A model generated the notes under the pieces. It saw only the letters and a list, made by a program, of their open reading frames with translations. It was not told the DNA's origin and ran no database searches. The translations under genes and the position numbers were made by a program. Below are positions 24,715 through 38,291 of a stretch of DNA of 64,000 bases, piece after piece. The DNA is from Octopus bimaculoides (taxonomy: Eukaryota). The stretch's first letter is position 1; every line of letters starts with the position of its first letter. The DNA lies in NCBI RefSeq assembly GCF_001194135.2, contig NC_068981.1, positions 60,135,149 to 60,199,148 of the forward strand, read 5' to 3'.

Positions 24715-25030
24715 GGCATTTTACATTTTGAGTTCAAATCCCACTGAGGTCAACTTTGACTTTCATCTTTCCGAAGAGCGATAAAGCTGAGTACCAATGA
24801 AGTACTAACCTGGATAGTATCAACTAACCACCTTTCTTGGAAATTGCTGGCAGAATCGTTAGCACACCGGGTAAAATGCATTATGTTTTGAGTTCAAATC
24901 CCGCCGAAGTCGATTTTACCTTTCATAATGTCGGGTTCGATAAAATAAATACCCGTTGAGTGCTGGCATCGATGTAGTCAACTTACCTCTTCCCCCAAAT
25001 TGCAGGCCTGGCACCAAACTTGAAACCGAT
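24715..25030 (+). mobile_element. Two adjacent SINE family A copies
   Basis: Two ttttgagttcaaatccc…gtc(a/g)a(c/t)ttt…gataaa…aaattgc(t/a)ggc units back to back. Confidence 0.8.
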
Positions 25031-25219
25031 ATTACTCTCTTTCCTAATTATCCTCCAGCAGTAAAGATAAAAATGTTTTCGATCGTAATTTTACACTTTC
25101 CTCCAATTTCGCCCAATTCCGAGTACTATTCACATTTTTAATAAATATATCTAATGTCGTTTCATAAGTAAAATAAGTACCAGTTAACCACTGAGGTCGA
25201 TGTATTATTATTATTATTA

Positions 25220-25277
<58 letters not shown>

Positions 25278-25278
<1 letters not shown>

Positions 25279-25645
25279 TTCCGAATGATTTGTATGATCT
25301 TCTAACCGGGTCTCGACCAGAGACCTAAGGCATGTATATATTAGACGGACTGGGCGGTTGATATTAGCTCAATTGTTTGAGTCCCGTTTTGTTGGTTTCT
25401 TGGGGATCTGGTCAAAAGAATTGTCACTACCTTTCTGAATCATTCCCAGGGCACCCACAGCAGGGATTGTTTTAGTTTTTAAGTGGCACATCCTAGATAT
25501 CTCAATGTCCATATACTTATATTTCGACCGTTTTTCAAATTCTTTTCCTGGGATATTTCGATCAGGAGGCACAATCATCTCAATTAACAGGTATGTTTTT
25601 TTTGTCATAGTTCTTTGAAACTCCTCTCTGATCTGTTAGTATTTA
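25278..25645 (-). mobile_element. RLE-type LINE 3' end (R4/Dong-like, second family)
   Basis: ORF 25369-25608: YLLIEMIVPPDRNIPGKEFEKRSKYKYMDIEISRMCHLKTKTIPAVGALGMIQK (RLE C-terminus); the 3' UTR ends in (TAA)n. Confidence 0.85.
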
Positions 25646-26079
25646 TTTGAGGCAAGTGAAGGTTAATAAATAATTAAACATAACTGAAAGTTTGGAGAAG
25701 GAATGTGGGGAGTGCAATACAACAGAAGAATTCTTAAGTGGGTTGTATATTTGATATTGAGACAACACAGCCATAATCACAGAGGGGATAGATTCAATCA
25801 ACTATTAGAGAGGAATTCAGTGTGCTTAGCAATATGGTCAGAAGTTATATACATAGTATGTTATATGACATTATGTCACAAATTTTTGTATTATGATACA
25901 CTTGTGTCAAAACTCTTGCTAAAAAGTTCTAAGAAGTGCAGTTGAGTACAACTGCTGCAGGAACATATTTGTAGAACATTACACCAATACAGTTGCAGCA
26001 TTTAGTATATCAATGCGAGGAAGAATATGAAACTGATTTGTGCTCGTCCTAGTTAATCTTTTATATCAAAAACTTGGTC

Positions 26080-26295
26080 AAGACGGCGAGCTGGCAGAAT
26101 CGTTAGCAGGCCGGCCGAGATGTTTAGCGACATATCGTTCGACTTTACGTTATGATTTCAAATTCCTTTGCAGTCAACTTTGCCTTTTATCCTTTCGAGC
26201 TCGATAAAATAAGTACCAGTTGAACACTGGAGTCGATGTAATCAACTGACCCCCCACCCCTATATTGCTGGCCTTGTACCAAATTTTGAAACCAA
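26080..26295 (+). mobile_element. SINE family A, full length
   Basis: gacggcgagctggcagaatcgttagc…aaataagtaccagttgaacactggagtcgatgtaatc…ttgctggccttgtaccaaattttgaaacc. Confidence 0.9.
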
Positions 26296-27277
26296 TACTT
26301 AAATCTAGGTTATACGAATAAAAATAACGCCATGTTTATAGAAGCAGCAAGTCAATGAGTACATATTGTTCTTGTTCTTGTTGCTTAGAGCTCACAAATC
26401 AGTAATTGTCGAGCATACTTATAAGCAAAAGGTTACCATTTCTAAGCATTCGATATTTTATTAAGATATAATAAATCTAAACAAAATTGTCTAGTGCGCA
26501 CTCGCCTTTTTGGGTGGTGAAATAAGATAAAGTTTCGATTGTTACTTCTAGCAAATTAAATGAACAAATTAGAAGCTCCGCTGCTCCGTTGGATTCTAAA
26601 TAAATGTACTTAAATGTGAGGATTTTGTTTGTTACATTATGTTATTCTAAGTAATCTACACATTAAGAACTATCTTGACTTAATAGATCTTACGTCAGTA
26701 GGTAAGCAAACGAGAGCCGGCATATTCAAAGTGATGGATCTGAATGCTTTGCAGAAATATTGATTAAATGGCAAGTAAACAAAACAAGATGATCATAACA
26801 GTAGACACATTTCTTTTATTGCTCAAGCAACCGGTAAGAGATGACATTCTCTGTAAAAAGAAATAGAAAACACACTGACATTATTATTACATGCAATTGC
26901 ATTGTGGCATAAGTGCTAGTTCACTGGATATAACATTAGAAACTAATATGAGAACAAGAAGTTTTAGAATTGATAAACTTCTAAGATATATTTCCATTAT
27001 CTTTACATGCATAATCGAATATAATATACCAATACAGTGATAGGATTATGGATATTATTTTAAGTTAAAGACTATACTAAATCTTCCTAAATCTCTTATG
27101 AAGAGTTATCTGTTCACTTAGTAAATCAAAGAATTTAGATTTAACTTTCATTGAAGGCCCGCATAATATCAGTAAAACTAAATCGGTTACTGACGTTTTA
27201 TTATTGTTGTTGCTGCTACTGCTGCTGTTGCTGATGCAGCTATTGATACGGAGTAGTAACGATTCTGCCAGCTCACT

Positions 27278-27926
<649 letters not shown>

Positions 27927-27938
27927 AATAATAATAAC

Positions 27939-27981
<43 letters not shown>

Positions 27982-29756
27982 GTTAATCGTCAACAAAAAC
28001 ATACGAGCTCCCAACAGGAGGGAAACCAAACAAAGGTATTTTGGGAGAAGAGCTTACAAAGTCCTGCAGCATTAATGGTATAAAAACGCTTTCAGTTTCC
28101 ACAGTCGCATAGTCAGATTTTACCTCACCACTTCTGCAATATACCCTTTTACTAAAAAAGTCGCCAGTGCTCAAAACATTTAACCACGTCGATCATACAA
28201 CTTCCTTCATTACAATCAACAGGCAGTGCACGACTAACCACTTTTCCTAGCTAAGAGAAAATAGTGAAGCATTCGTCACCATAGACTTGGCTGCCTGTCG
28301 GTTCTCTCCTACACATGAAAGCAATTATTCTGCATTAGCTACAGGTTGACAATGTGCGGACACATAACGAGTCATGTTGGACTGTTACTTCACACGGCGG
28401 CATTTCGGAAGGTTCGGCAGTTAGCATTTCTCTGTGTAGAGATTGATCTAAACAAGCAATGCTTTATTATAGGACTATACGACTTGTCGTAGCTGTTGTT
28501 TATCCCTAGACTTTTTTTTCAGAAATGGATACTATTTTAATGCTCTCGTCGATACCCATGGTCGCCTGCAATCTATCGTCGAGATTATACGCAGTAACTC
28601 ATTATAGACTGCAACAGTCGAATTTCTGTCAAGAATATTGTCCAGCAGGTTGAGTGTACCAAGTGCATTACAAATCCCCAGCTCAATTTGCTCATGACCT
28701 AGCTTAAAAGGTGAGCTGTGTATGGGGAAAAACAGGGGAGCACTGCTATTCACCGTTACAGTCGTTTCGAAGGTTCAGCAATCTCTTCTTAAGCATCATT
28801 AATAGGGCTTGCAAGTCCCTCAGCTTCAATACATATCTATGCGTTATTTATAACGGCTGTAGATACATTTGCCTCAGTATATTCCTATGCGTCGTTAGCC
28901 ATGGTATACAGAGATCACCATAGAGTGAATTTTGATAACAGACGGATCTTCCAACTTGCGAAATATATTCTTTTCACTAGAAGCAAAAGTGTATGTACTT
29001 TAACCAGGTCATTCGTTTTTGGGGGACAGATACGACGCTCTGGTAGTAGTGCCCCACTAAGGCTCAAGAGAACTGCTATTTCTGCTCGATCTTTCAAGAA
29101 TAGGTTTTGTGAGTTAGACAGGCTACCTGCAGTCACCTAGTACTTTTAGCGAACAATAAGACCAGCGTTGTTCATGTTATCTTTTGTTTTCATTTATCTC
29201 CGTTGTTTTTGTTTATAATGTCTCTTATGCTGCTTCTTGATACCTGTACCTGCTTCTGCTGTAAATGGCAATGTGAATCGTTTTTATCTATGCAGTGACG
29301 TCAAAACTGTAGCGGTAACAGTTACACTGACAGTGACGTCAATGATCTTGGTTTCTATGGCGGCAACATTAGTGGCTGTTTCCATGACGCTATTGTTGTC
29401 TTTTTATATATATGTTGTAGAGTCGTTATTGCTCTTCGAATTATTTGCATTTCTCTCACTCTTACTCCTTCAACCAACAAAATTTATGAATCCATCATAG
29501 AAAACCACGTTTTTAAAGATGACATTACGAAGTTTTTGCTTCTGTTGTAACAACAATTGTTTAACACGGAAACGATCTTGTAGTGAGGTTATCATAAAAA
29601 GAAATCACAGTTTAGTGCAGTTTAGTTTCTATGTAATATTATCCAGATAAAACGTGTAGATATTTCCTACGGGACAAATAAGACACAAAATGCAAAACTT
29701 AAAAGAACACAAGTATCTTTTGATGGTCTGGATGAATGCAGTCAAACTAAAAATAT

Positions 29757-29945
29757 TGATTTCAAATTTTGGCACAGAGCCAGCAATTTCGGGGTGGAGG
29801 GTATGTTGATTACATGGGCCTCAGTACTCAACTGGTACTTATTTCACCAAGGCAAAGTGGACCTCGGTGAAATTTGACCAGATAAAGTGAAGACGGATGA
29901 AATATCGCTAAACATTCGGCCCGGCGTGCTAACAATTCTGACAGT
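29757..29945 (-). mobile_element. SINE family A
   Basis: Reverse complement cagaattgttagcacgccgggccgaatg…aagtaccagttgagtactgagg…gaaattgctggctctgtgccaaaatttgaaatca. Confidence 0.85.
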
Positions 29946-30299
29946 AGGCCACGTTGTCAAACAAAAATTATTAATAATAATATGACCAACGACACAATTA
30001 CAACAGTAGCAGCAGGAACAAAAACAATAAAAATGACTATTTTAACAACAACAATACTAGCACAAAGCAATCAATTTTGTGGGAGAAGTTGATTGCATTG
30101 ACGTAATACTTAACTGGTACTTATTTTATCGACTACGGTATTTATTTTATCATTCAACAGCCACCTTAGAGGAAACCCACTCACTTGAGCTATCCTCGCC
30201 ACATTCACTCACCTTGCAACAAATCTATAGGGGACAGCCCTTTCCTCTCAACCCGCACTTTCCCTTTTGCGAATAAGCACTATCAGTTGTTGATTACTT

Positions 30300-31330
30300 C
30301 CATTAAATCACTATTAACTAGTTCTCTGGTCTCTGTGAACTTGGCACGCCGGAAAAGGCGTGTTCATTTTCCAGTACCCTGATTCCTGTCTAGGTAGTCT
30401 ATACACGTCGACCGTACAGATCACAAATCTTTGTTCTGTTAAACCAGCCTGCTTGAATTTTGGATACCATTCAATCTCTGTCGGGTGAACCACGGTAAAT
30501 TCAGTTTAGATGCGATTTGGATGACCCGATGCTGTTTGTTCATGTTCACATTGGCACATTCGGAAAATCCAGTGAGTTGATGCCAGTGGGTTAGAAATAT
30601 TTGAACAGGTCTGCTTTGTTTTTGCATCTCTCTCTCTCACTCTCTCTCTCTCTTCCTCTCTTAGCTAGCACCACTTAACCCAAACGTGCTTCCAAAATAG
30701 CGTGTCTTTTGTCTCCAACAATAAATAGAAGAACATTTCAAGAAACGCTTCCAGACGCTGAAGAAATATGGTCGCTTCGCTTCGGTAAGAGTGGAGACAG
30801 TTCTAATCTGAAGTCATCAACTTTGCTACTGTTCACGTCCAGAATCACCATCATCTTGTCCACGTCCGGGAAGACGGATCGTATCATGATAAGCAGACTT
30901 TTCTGAAACACTTCGGTTCACCTCCCATTCCAAGTCGACTAAGAGATGTGCTAGTCTCAAAACCATCTAAAATAGCTGTCATAGGACGTGTGTGGTAAAT
31001 CTATATCTTGATTATGATCATCAAATCCATAGTGGACTGTGGTCTTCGAGTGGCCCCCACCCGCTGCACCTGTTTGACTCTGAACGACATGCATTTATGC
31101 AACCCACTCGTAAAAATGCCCTGCTGATAGTATAGAAAGAAAGAAGAAACGCATGCCATTTGAAAATGGCTTTGCTGTAGACAACTGGGTGTATCAAAAT
31201 CCACTCTCTGTGTGAGTTTCCTTTGAGAAAACCTGAGGTATCCTGTTCGAGACCATGACTTCCAACATCGTGTGAAGTATTTTCTCCTCTCATTTCCCTA
31301 TATCTGTCTCTCGGCAGTCTTTCCAATTTC
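30300..31330 (-). mobile_element. Highly decayed RTE-like LINE RT remnant
   Basis: Broken frames include LQRLEAFLEMFFY (cf. RTE KRLEAFEMWCYR) and upstream RT-like segments; split by a (CT)n. Confidence 0.45.
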
Positions 31331-32121
31331 AGATCCTCCCTCCCTAACTCTATATCTCTATGTGTTATGTAAGACAGGAGTTCTTATTTTTCCTGCTTAC
31401 GAGCACAAAGCTGGAAGTGGGTGCAATTTGTTGTTGTCAAAAGATTTGTGTACTCAGTTGGTATTGATTTTTGCTGTGTTTGACTGCTAGTTCACCTCTC
31501 GTGTCTTCGTTGTTTCGTTTGTGTTTGCTTTTCGTTAATGTTAGTGTAGATGGAGGTGTAGTTATTGTGTACTTGTTGTGGACTTAGCATTGTTTGAAGC
31601 CGATGTAGAGTTGGTGCTGCTTTGTATTTTGATATTTTCAGTTATTTAGTTTATTTTTGCTTTTGGTGCGCTTCTCCCTCCTCACAATGGATATGGCCGG
31701 AAAACTCCGATTTGGACGCCTCAAGAGCATTTTTTCCTGAGTGTGTATGTCCGTGTTTGTGCATGCAGGAGTGGGGAAAATAGGGTCACTGAAAGAGGGA
31801 ATATTGGGTTGGAATATCTTCCGGATATTATTATTCTTCGATCCCTCTCCCCCGTTGATACTACTGTCAAATTTGCTGTTGATGTTAGTCATATTGATAT
31901 TTCTGTTTCTAAAGTTTCTGTTGCGGTTATACGTGCTGTTGTTGTTGCTGTTTTGTTGCTATTCTTAATGTATACTTTACAGTGTATATAAAGGTGTCTG
32001 TAGTTTTACATAGTAGAAGGTCATGAGCCTGAGAGAATTAATATAGAAACAAATAAAATGGTAAAAGATATTCCTATGGATCAACTAAATTTGTTCACAT
32101 AGAGAAACTTGATTATACAAC

Positions 32122-32345
32122 ATGCGCCACAAGTGGAGGAAAATCGATGAGTACAAGTGCTTGGCCGACCGCTATCAGTTTGTGTCGGTTGCCGTCGAGA
32201 CGTTAGGTGTTCTAGGAATCCGAACCACCGATTTCCTCCGCAAAATAAGGATAGCTGCCGCCCGCTGGAGAAATGAGCCCCACAAGGTTGGGTGGCTACT
32301 GCGGCAAGTGTCGTTGGCCATTCTCCGTGTTTTGGGATATGTGGC
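32122..32345 (+). mobile_element. CRE-like non-LTR retrotransposon, RLE C-terminal fragment
   Basis: RKIDEYKCLADRYQFVSVAVETLGVLG…LLRQVSLAILR matches the K..KY..L…F.P.AVET.G…QRLS.AIQRGN terminus of CRE/HERO-type ORFs; GC-rich island. Confidence 0.72.
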
Positions 32346-33769
32346 TCAACGCCCCATTCCTTCCGACTTCGGCTGCTTTGCCCTATCTTTTCTTTTCATT
32401 TTTCTTTTTTTAAAGTGTATGTTAGTAAATAGTCAAATATGAATTTTTAAAAAATCAGAAAAATACAAAAGAAAATATCGGCGTCCGAGGCTTAATAAAA
32501 ATGAACACAATTACCAAATTAAATTAAATATATGGAAATGTGCTTACAGTGGAAAGTAGGTATTCTCTCAGAACCATTTATTTAGAGATACTAAAATGCA
32601 AGTAATCAACAGAAAAAGACAAAAAAGATAAGGGAAAAAAACATTCGGTCTCTATTAAATTAGTAACGAAATGAGAAAAAGATGGTACGGAAAATATTGC
32701 AGTATAGCATAAAAGAAACAATTAAAATCTAAGAGTGCCTGAACAAGAGTTTCTAGCCGAATCTTAAAAAGTGATATAAAAGTAATGAACCTTTGAGAAA
32801 AAGTAACGTTTTGACCCTTACTTTCGAAACTTGATAAAAATAAAATAAATATCAAATGTCACGCCGAGAGCATCAGCTATAGAAGTAGTTTAGTAAGAAG
32901 CATAGATAGAAAAAATAACCACAAACAAAGATGCTCAAGGCAAACGAAAGTGGACAATCATGCGAAGCCATAAAATCTCAAGAAGTAGTCCAGATATAAC
33001 AAAATGTAAATAATGTAAGAAATGGATGATCGCAAATACCAGTTAAATAGAAGGAAAGAAAACATTGCCAGAGATTTCCCACCCACACACACATTGCATG
33101 GATTTCTTTCTCGAAGCCAAGGCGTTTACAGCTGTGCTTGCAATGCAGTGACAGCTCAAAAAATATAAACCGACTGAAAGAAATATTAATATTGAAAATA
33201 ATGACACTTGTATGGATTTCTGCTGTATGCACGTAAGTCAGCTTTGCGATTAGGGCTAATGTTAATTGAATCTATTCTAGTTACTGAGTGGCAGATTGAA
33301 ATATAGAGTTCTATACAAGAAAAAGGAAGAAAAACAGGTTTACAAGGTTATCACAAAATAAAGTTTAACCACATAAAAAGATGAAAAAGATGTAAGCATG
33401 TAGAGTATTCTTATCATATGAAAAAAAGCTTCATGAAAATGTTATATAAAAACAAAAATATATGTCTACTAACCGAGATCCAGCTAAAAATGAAATGCTA
33501 AAGAATAACCGCTATTAGCCATAGATTTTATGGAAGTGGATGATAAATGATAAATCTAGAAACCGTTGCACTAGGAGAGTTAATTTAACGTTGTTATCTC
33601 CGTTGAAATGATGGATTATGTCCGAAATGTAGTGTTTCTAATATCTTAAATATAATATATATCTATTGCATACGCAAACGGTATGAGTGTTTCGAATTGC
33701 TGAAGGTCTACACAAACATATAGATCTCACATTCAAACATGCACATCTACACATACACGTTGTCAAATA

Positions 33770-33836
33770 CATATGGCGTAGTGGTTAAGAGCGCGGGCTA
33801 CTAACCCCAAGATTCCGAGTTGTTTCCAGGCACTGA

Positions 33837-33921
<85 letters not shown>

Positions 33922-33937
33922 CATCGAAAAATACCCT
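33770..33937 (+). mobile_element. tRNA-headed SINE family C (3' part lost in gap)
   Basis: catatggcgtagtggttaagagcgcgggctactaaccccaagattccgagtt…ccaggc, then (AAT)n and aacatcgaaaaatacc, as in the 49467 copy. Confidence 0.85.
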
Positions 33938-34189
33938 NNNNNNNNNNNNNNNNNNNNNNNNNNNNNNNNNNNNNNNNNNNNNNNNNNNNNNNNNNNNNNN
34001 NNNNNNNNNNNNNNNNNNNNNNNNNNNNNNNNNNNNNNNNNNNNNNNNNNNNNNNNNNNNNNNNNNNNNNNNNNNNNNNNNNNNNNNNNNNNNNNNNNNN
34101 NNNNNNNNNNNNNNNNNNNNNTGTGTCTATAGTAGAAAGAATTACTTTCATTAGGGAGGCGATCTGACAGAACTCTTATCGAGTCGGAC

Positions 34190-34560
34190 AAAATACATAG
34201 TAGCGTTTCTTCCGGCTCTTTACGCTGTGATTTCAAAAACCGTTGAGGTCATATTTGACTTCATCCTTTCGGTGTCGTTAAAATAAGGATCAGTTGAACT
34301 CCTTTCCCCTAAAATTGCTGACCTTGTGTCGAATTTATGAAAATTATTACTCAGGTGGTGAACTTGCAGAATCATTTGAACAAGGAAAAATATGGTTTAT
34401 AGCATTCATTCCGACTCTTTACGTTCTGAGTTCAAATACCAGTTATATCAACTTTGTCTTACATATGCTTGGGGGTCGATAAAATAAAGTATCAGTTGTG
34501 TAGTGGGGTCGATGTATTCAACTAAACCCTACCCAAAAATTGCTGGTCATGTGCCTAAAG
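34190..34560 (+). mobile_element. Two adjacent diverged SINE family A copies
   Basis: Two ctctttacg…ttcaaa…gtcg(t/a)taaaataa…aaaattgctg units. Confidence 0.75.
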
Positions 34561-35275
34561 GAAAATAGTTACTTTTATTTTGAATTTATGAATATGAAAC
34601 CTTTCAATATTATAAATATAAACCCTTTCGCCCACACGATTTCGATTATTGCTTGATATGAAACATGTTGAAACACGTTAAGAAGTCCTAGAGTATATAT
34701 AATTTCCCGCACGCAAGCAAATGTGAGTGTGCGCGTGTATGATAGTCGGCATGAACTACATATATGTGTTTCTGGGTGCAAGTGTGTGTGTGTGTGTGTA
34801 ATTATGTGCGTGTGTTTGTGATTTAATATGAAAATTGTATGCGTAGATGTATGTGTATGTGTCTGTGAGAGAGAGAGAGAAAGAAAGAAAGAAAGAAAGA
34901 AAATAACTATGTATGCCTATAGGTATATATGCATCTGATTAGAGTTTCGTAAAACAGAATATGCTGTCAATGAAGTAAAAAGGTAGTCCAAACTTATTGC
35001 AATGGGAGCTTTTTGCAAAAGATGATCCTATGGCAAATTGATGAGGAACGTTGTCAGGAACAGTATTACATTTTGCGTAGCTCGCAACATCTCTGAAATT
35101 GCAGACTACTGCTTATGGGTTTAAAACATAAAACTCAACAAGGATGACAATATCAGCAGAGAGNNNNNNNNNNNNNNNNNNNNNNNNNNNNNNNNNNNNN
35201 NNNNNNNNNNNNNNNNNNNNNNNNNNNNNNNNNNNNNNNNNNNNNNNNNNNNNNNNNNNNNNNNNNNNNNNNNNN

Positions 35276-35308
<33 letters not shown>

Positions 35309-35659
35309 TGGAGAGAGAGAGAGAGAGTGGGGGAGATGGAGAGAGAGAGAAGGAGAGGAAGAGATGGAGAGAGAGAGAGTTGAACAATAAATTAAGCGTT
35401 CACTTTATAGCATTTAGCTTCGTCTCCGTATAAGGTAACATGTCGATGCAGATGTTGAATCTGTTCCCGGCTTTCTCAAAATCGATTTCATTGATCCCTG
35501 TGTCCACTAGTACTTCTTTTATCGACCCAAACTGATGAAAGGCAAAGTTGATCCTGTTGTACTTAAACTCTTCACCTAAATTTGAAAAAGAAATTACCCT
35601 AATCATTTTGCTCGGTGCGGTAGAAAAATCTACCAGTTTACCGTCTTAATGTATGTGTT

Positions 35660-35880
35660 AATATCGGTTTCAAATTTTGATACAAGGCCAGCAAGTTCAG
35701 GGCAGGGACTAAGTCGATTACATCGACTCCAGTGCTTAACTGGTACTTATTTCTTCGACCCCGAAAGGATGAAAGGCAAAATCGATCTCGGCGGAATTTG
35801 AACTCAGAACGTAAAGACGGATTAAATGCCACTAAGCATTTGACCCGGCGTGTAAATGATTCAGCCAGCTCACCTCTTTA
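35660..35880 (-). mobile_element. SINE family A, full length
   Basis: Reverse complement gaggtgagctggctgaatc…ctgagttcaaattccgccgagatcgattttgcctttcatcctttcggggtcg…cttgctggccttgtatcaaaatttgaaacc. Confidence 0.9.
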
Positions 35881-37394
35881 AGTGTTAATTTTGATTTACA
35901 AAAGTGCAAATCACACTAACAAGTCATAATATAATGCTTTATTTAAATTCAACAATTTAGGTGGCATCTTAAAATCTTTTCATGATTAACCCCGCCTTTC
36001 ATTTATGTCAATGTATGAAATGACTTCAATAGATTGGCTCAGAAGGACCTAGTTGTTATTCAAAAGAGATCAATAGTTATGTTCTGTAAAATATGCAAAC
36101 TGATCAACACTTGATATATGCCTGGCTGGAAAGAGAATACTCTATGTATACAAAGTCATCACATACAAATAATTCATCTTTTATAATTCACGAAAATTTC
36201 TAGATGGACACATTTTATACAAGATAGTACCGAAACCTGATACAGGTTCATAGACAGGTCAGTCAATCACTCGATCAATCAAACCGTAATATGACAACAT
36301 TTCAGTGTAGCTAAGGTAGCTTATACAAACATCTTCATGGTTTTCACATAGATACCAATAGGTGTCGCAATACTCAGTGATTCAATATGAAATACAGTTT
36401 GGAATGAGAATGGCGTTCAATAATAAGAAGGGTCCAAATACTGACAGTGAATTACAGTTATTGGAATTGATTAAAATTCTAATATATTAAAAAAGCTCTG
36501 AATAGATATATCTGTCGCCTGAAAATGTTCACTATATCGACAATGTAATGTGTAAATAAGCAAATGTCAATGTTATATATTACAATGTTGTTAACAAGAA
36601 ATCCTGAAAGTTTGAAGTTGAGACTGTGCATGCATATTCTGGTGCCGGGTCTGCTGGAAACGATGTCCTTGAGCATAATCACAATTAGTATCTCACAGAT
36701 CACAATTAGTATCTCACAACTATAGAGATAATATTCCATATCAATTTACCCTTATACATAAAATGCCGTGGTGACGCTTAAATGACGTAACTCACTACAA
36801 GGAAAGACATTGGTGACTATTTACCTGCATGTTTCTAAGATACGATATTTACAAACTGTTGTATATTGAAGACCTCATCCCTCTAAAAATCAATTGCGTA
36901 TCTATAACATATGATAATAACACTTTTTTCTTGCGCACTTTGCTTCACTGAGGTCTGAAACATAACCTTTTAAAATGTCTAATATAAATACAAAGCAATT
37001 AAAAAATTAAACACAGACATGTTATATCAGTCTTTGCGTGGCTGTGTGTGTGTTTAAACAGAAAAAGAGCAAAAGAGAAGGACATACCAAACACATAGCG
37101 ATAGAGCGGAACTGTGTCTAGTTCTGGAATGCTACTTTTTCTGCTTCGAAAGGATGAAAGGCAAAGTTTGTCTCTGTGAGATTTGCATGCAAAACACCAA
37201 ATTCCGGAACAAATACTGTAAACATTCTGTCTGATACACTAACAACTCACTCTCCAATTTTACTGCTTTATTATAATATTAAGCATCATATACTTCGGAA
37301 ATAGTCCACTTCACTAAATCAGTTACTTCGTCGTAAGTGCACTATGGACGAATTTTATACCTTATAATATATAATTAGTAAATCATGCACAAAA

Positions 37395-37790
37395 TGACTG
37401 CATGGTAAGAAATGTTGCTTCCCAACAACATGACTTCCGGTTCAGTCCCACTGTATGATACATTGGACAAGTGTTTCCTATTGTAGCCCAAAACCATTAA
37501 AGTAGATTTACAAGACCATCTTGCATGTGTATGTCTGTGTGTGTGTGCGTGTATATGTGTGTATGTGTGTGTCTGTGTGTGTCTGTGTGTGCCTGTGTCT
37601 TCGTGCTTGTCACCTACTATCGCTTAACAACCGATGTTGGCCTCTTTATGTTCCCTTAGCGGTGAATATGTTTAGCAATAAATATATGTAGCAGGCTTTA
37701 AAAACAAATATTGAAAAGTAAGTACTTGTGACTGTTTGCTCGACTAAAACGACATACGATGGTGCCCCGACATGGCGTCAGTCAAAGGTT
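37395..37790 (+). mobile_element. SINE family B
   Basis: ggtaagaaatgttgcttcccaac…ccggttcagtcccactg…ttggacaagtgt, internal (GT)n, tail cgcttaacaaccgatgttgg…cgactaaa…ggtgcccc. Confidence 0.8.
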
Positions 37791-37939
37791 ACATTCCAGG
37801 GGTTCAATCCAAAGCCTTAGTTCAAGGGTTCCGTCCAAGGCCTCAATCCAATGGTTAAAACATGTCAAACATAAAACATAAATGATATATGTGTGCGTGT
37901 TATGTGTATGTGTGTGTGCATATATTATTTTATTCTTTA

Positions 37940-38291
37940 ATTTGTTTCAGCCATTTGACTGCCGCCATGCTGGAGCACCGCCTTTAGTCGAACATATCGA
38001 TACCAGGACTTATACTTTGTAAGCCTAGCACTTATTCTATCGGAGTCTTTGGCCGAACCGCTAAGTTACGGGGACGTAAATACACCAGCATCAGTTGCCA
38101 AGCGATGTAGGAGGCACAAACACACAAACATATACACACCCACACACACACACACACACACGGGCTTCTTTCAGTTTCCGTCTGCCAAATCGACTCACAA
38201 GGCCTTGTAGAAGACACTTGCCCAAGGTGTCTCGTAGTGGGACTGAACCCGGAACCATGTGGCTGGTAGGTAAGCTACTTACCACGCAGCC
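37940..38291 (-). mobile_element. SINE family B, full length
   Basis: Reverse complement ggctgcgtggtaagtagcttacctaccagccacatggttccgggttcagtcccact…ccttgggcaagtgtcttct…(GT)n…ggcggtgctccagcatggcggcagtcaaatggctgaaac. Confidence 0.92.

Noticed and set aside
27983-28900. Idea that TAA/TAG are read as Gln (ciliate-code contaminant), since one frame has 7 TAR stops before a TGA
   Set aside because: Stop density is about the random rate, the run is not significant across six frames, and the block is contiguous with host-type repeats.
33770-33832. Functional tRNA-Ser(ACT) gene
   Set aside because: No acceptor stem or intact T arm; it runs into (AAT)n and recurs at 49467, so it is a SINE head.
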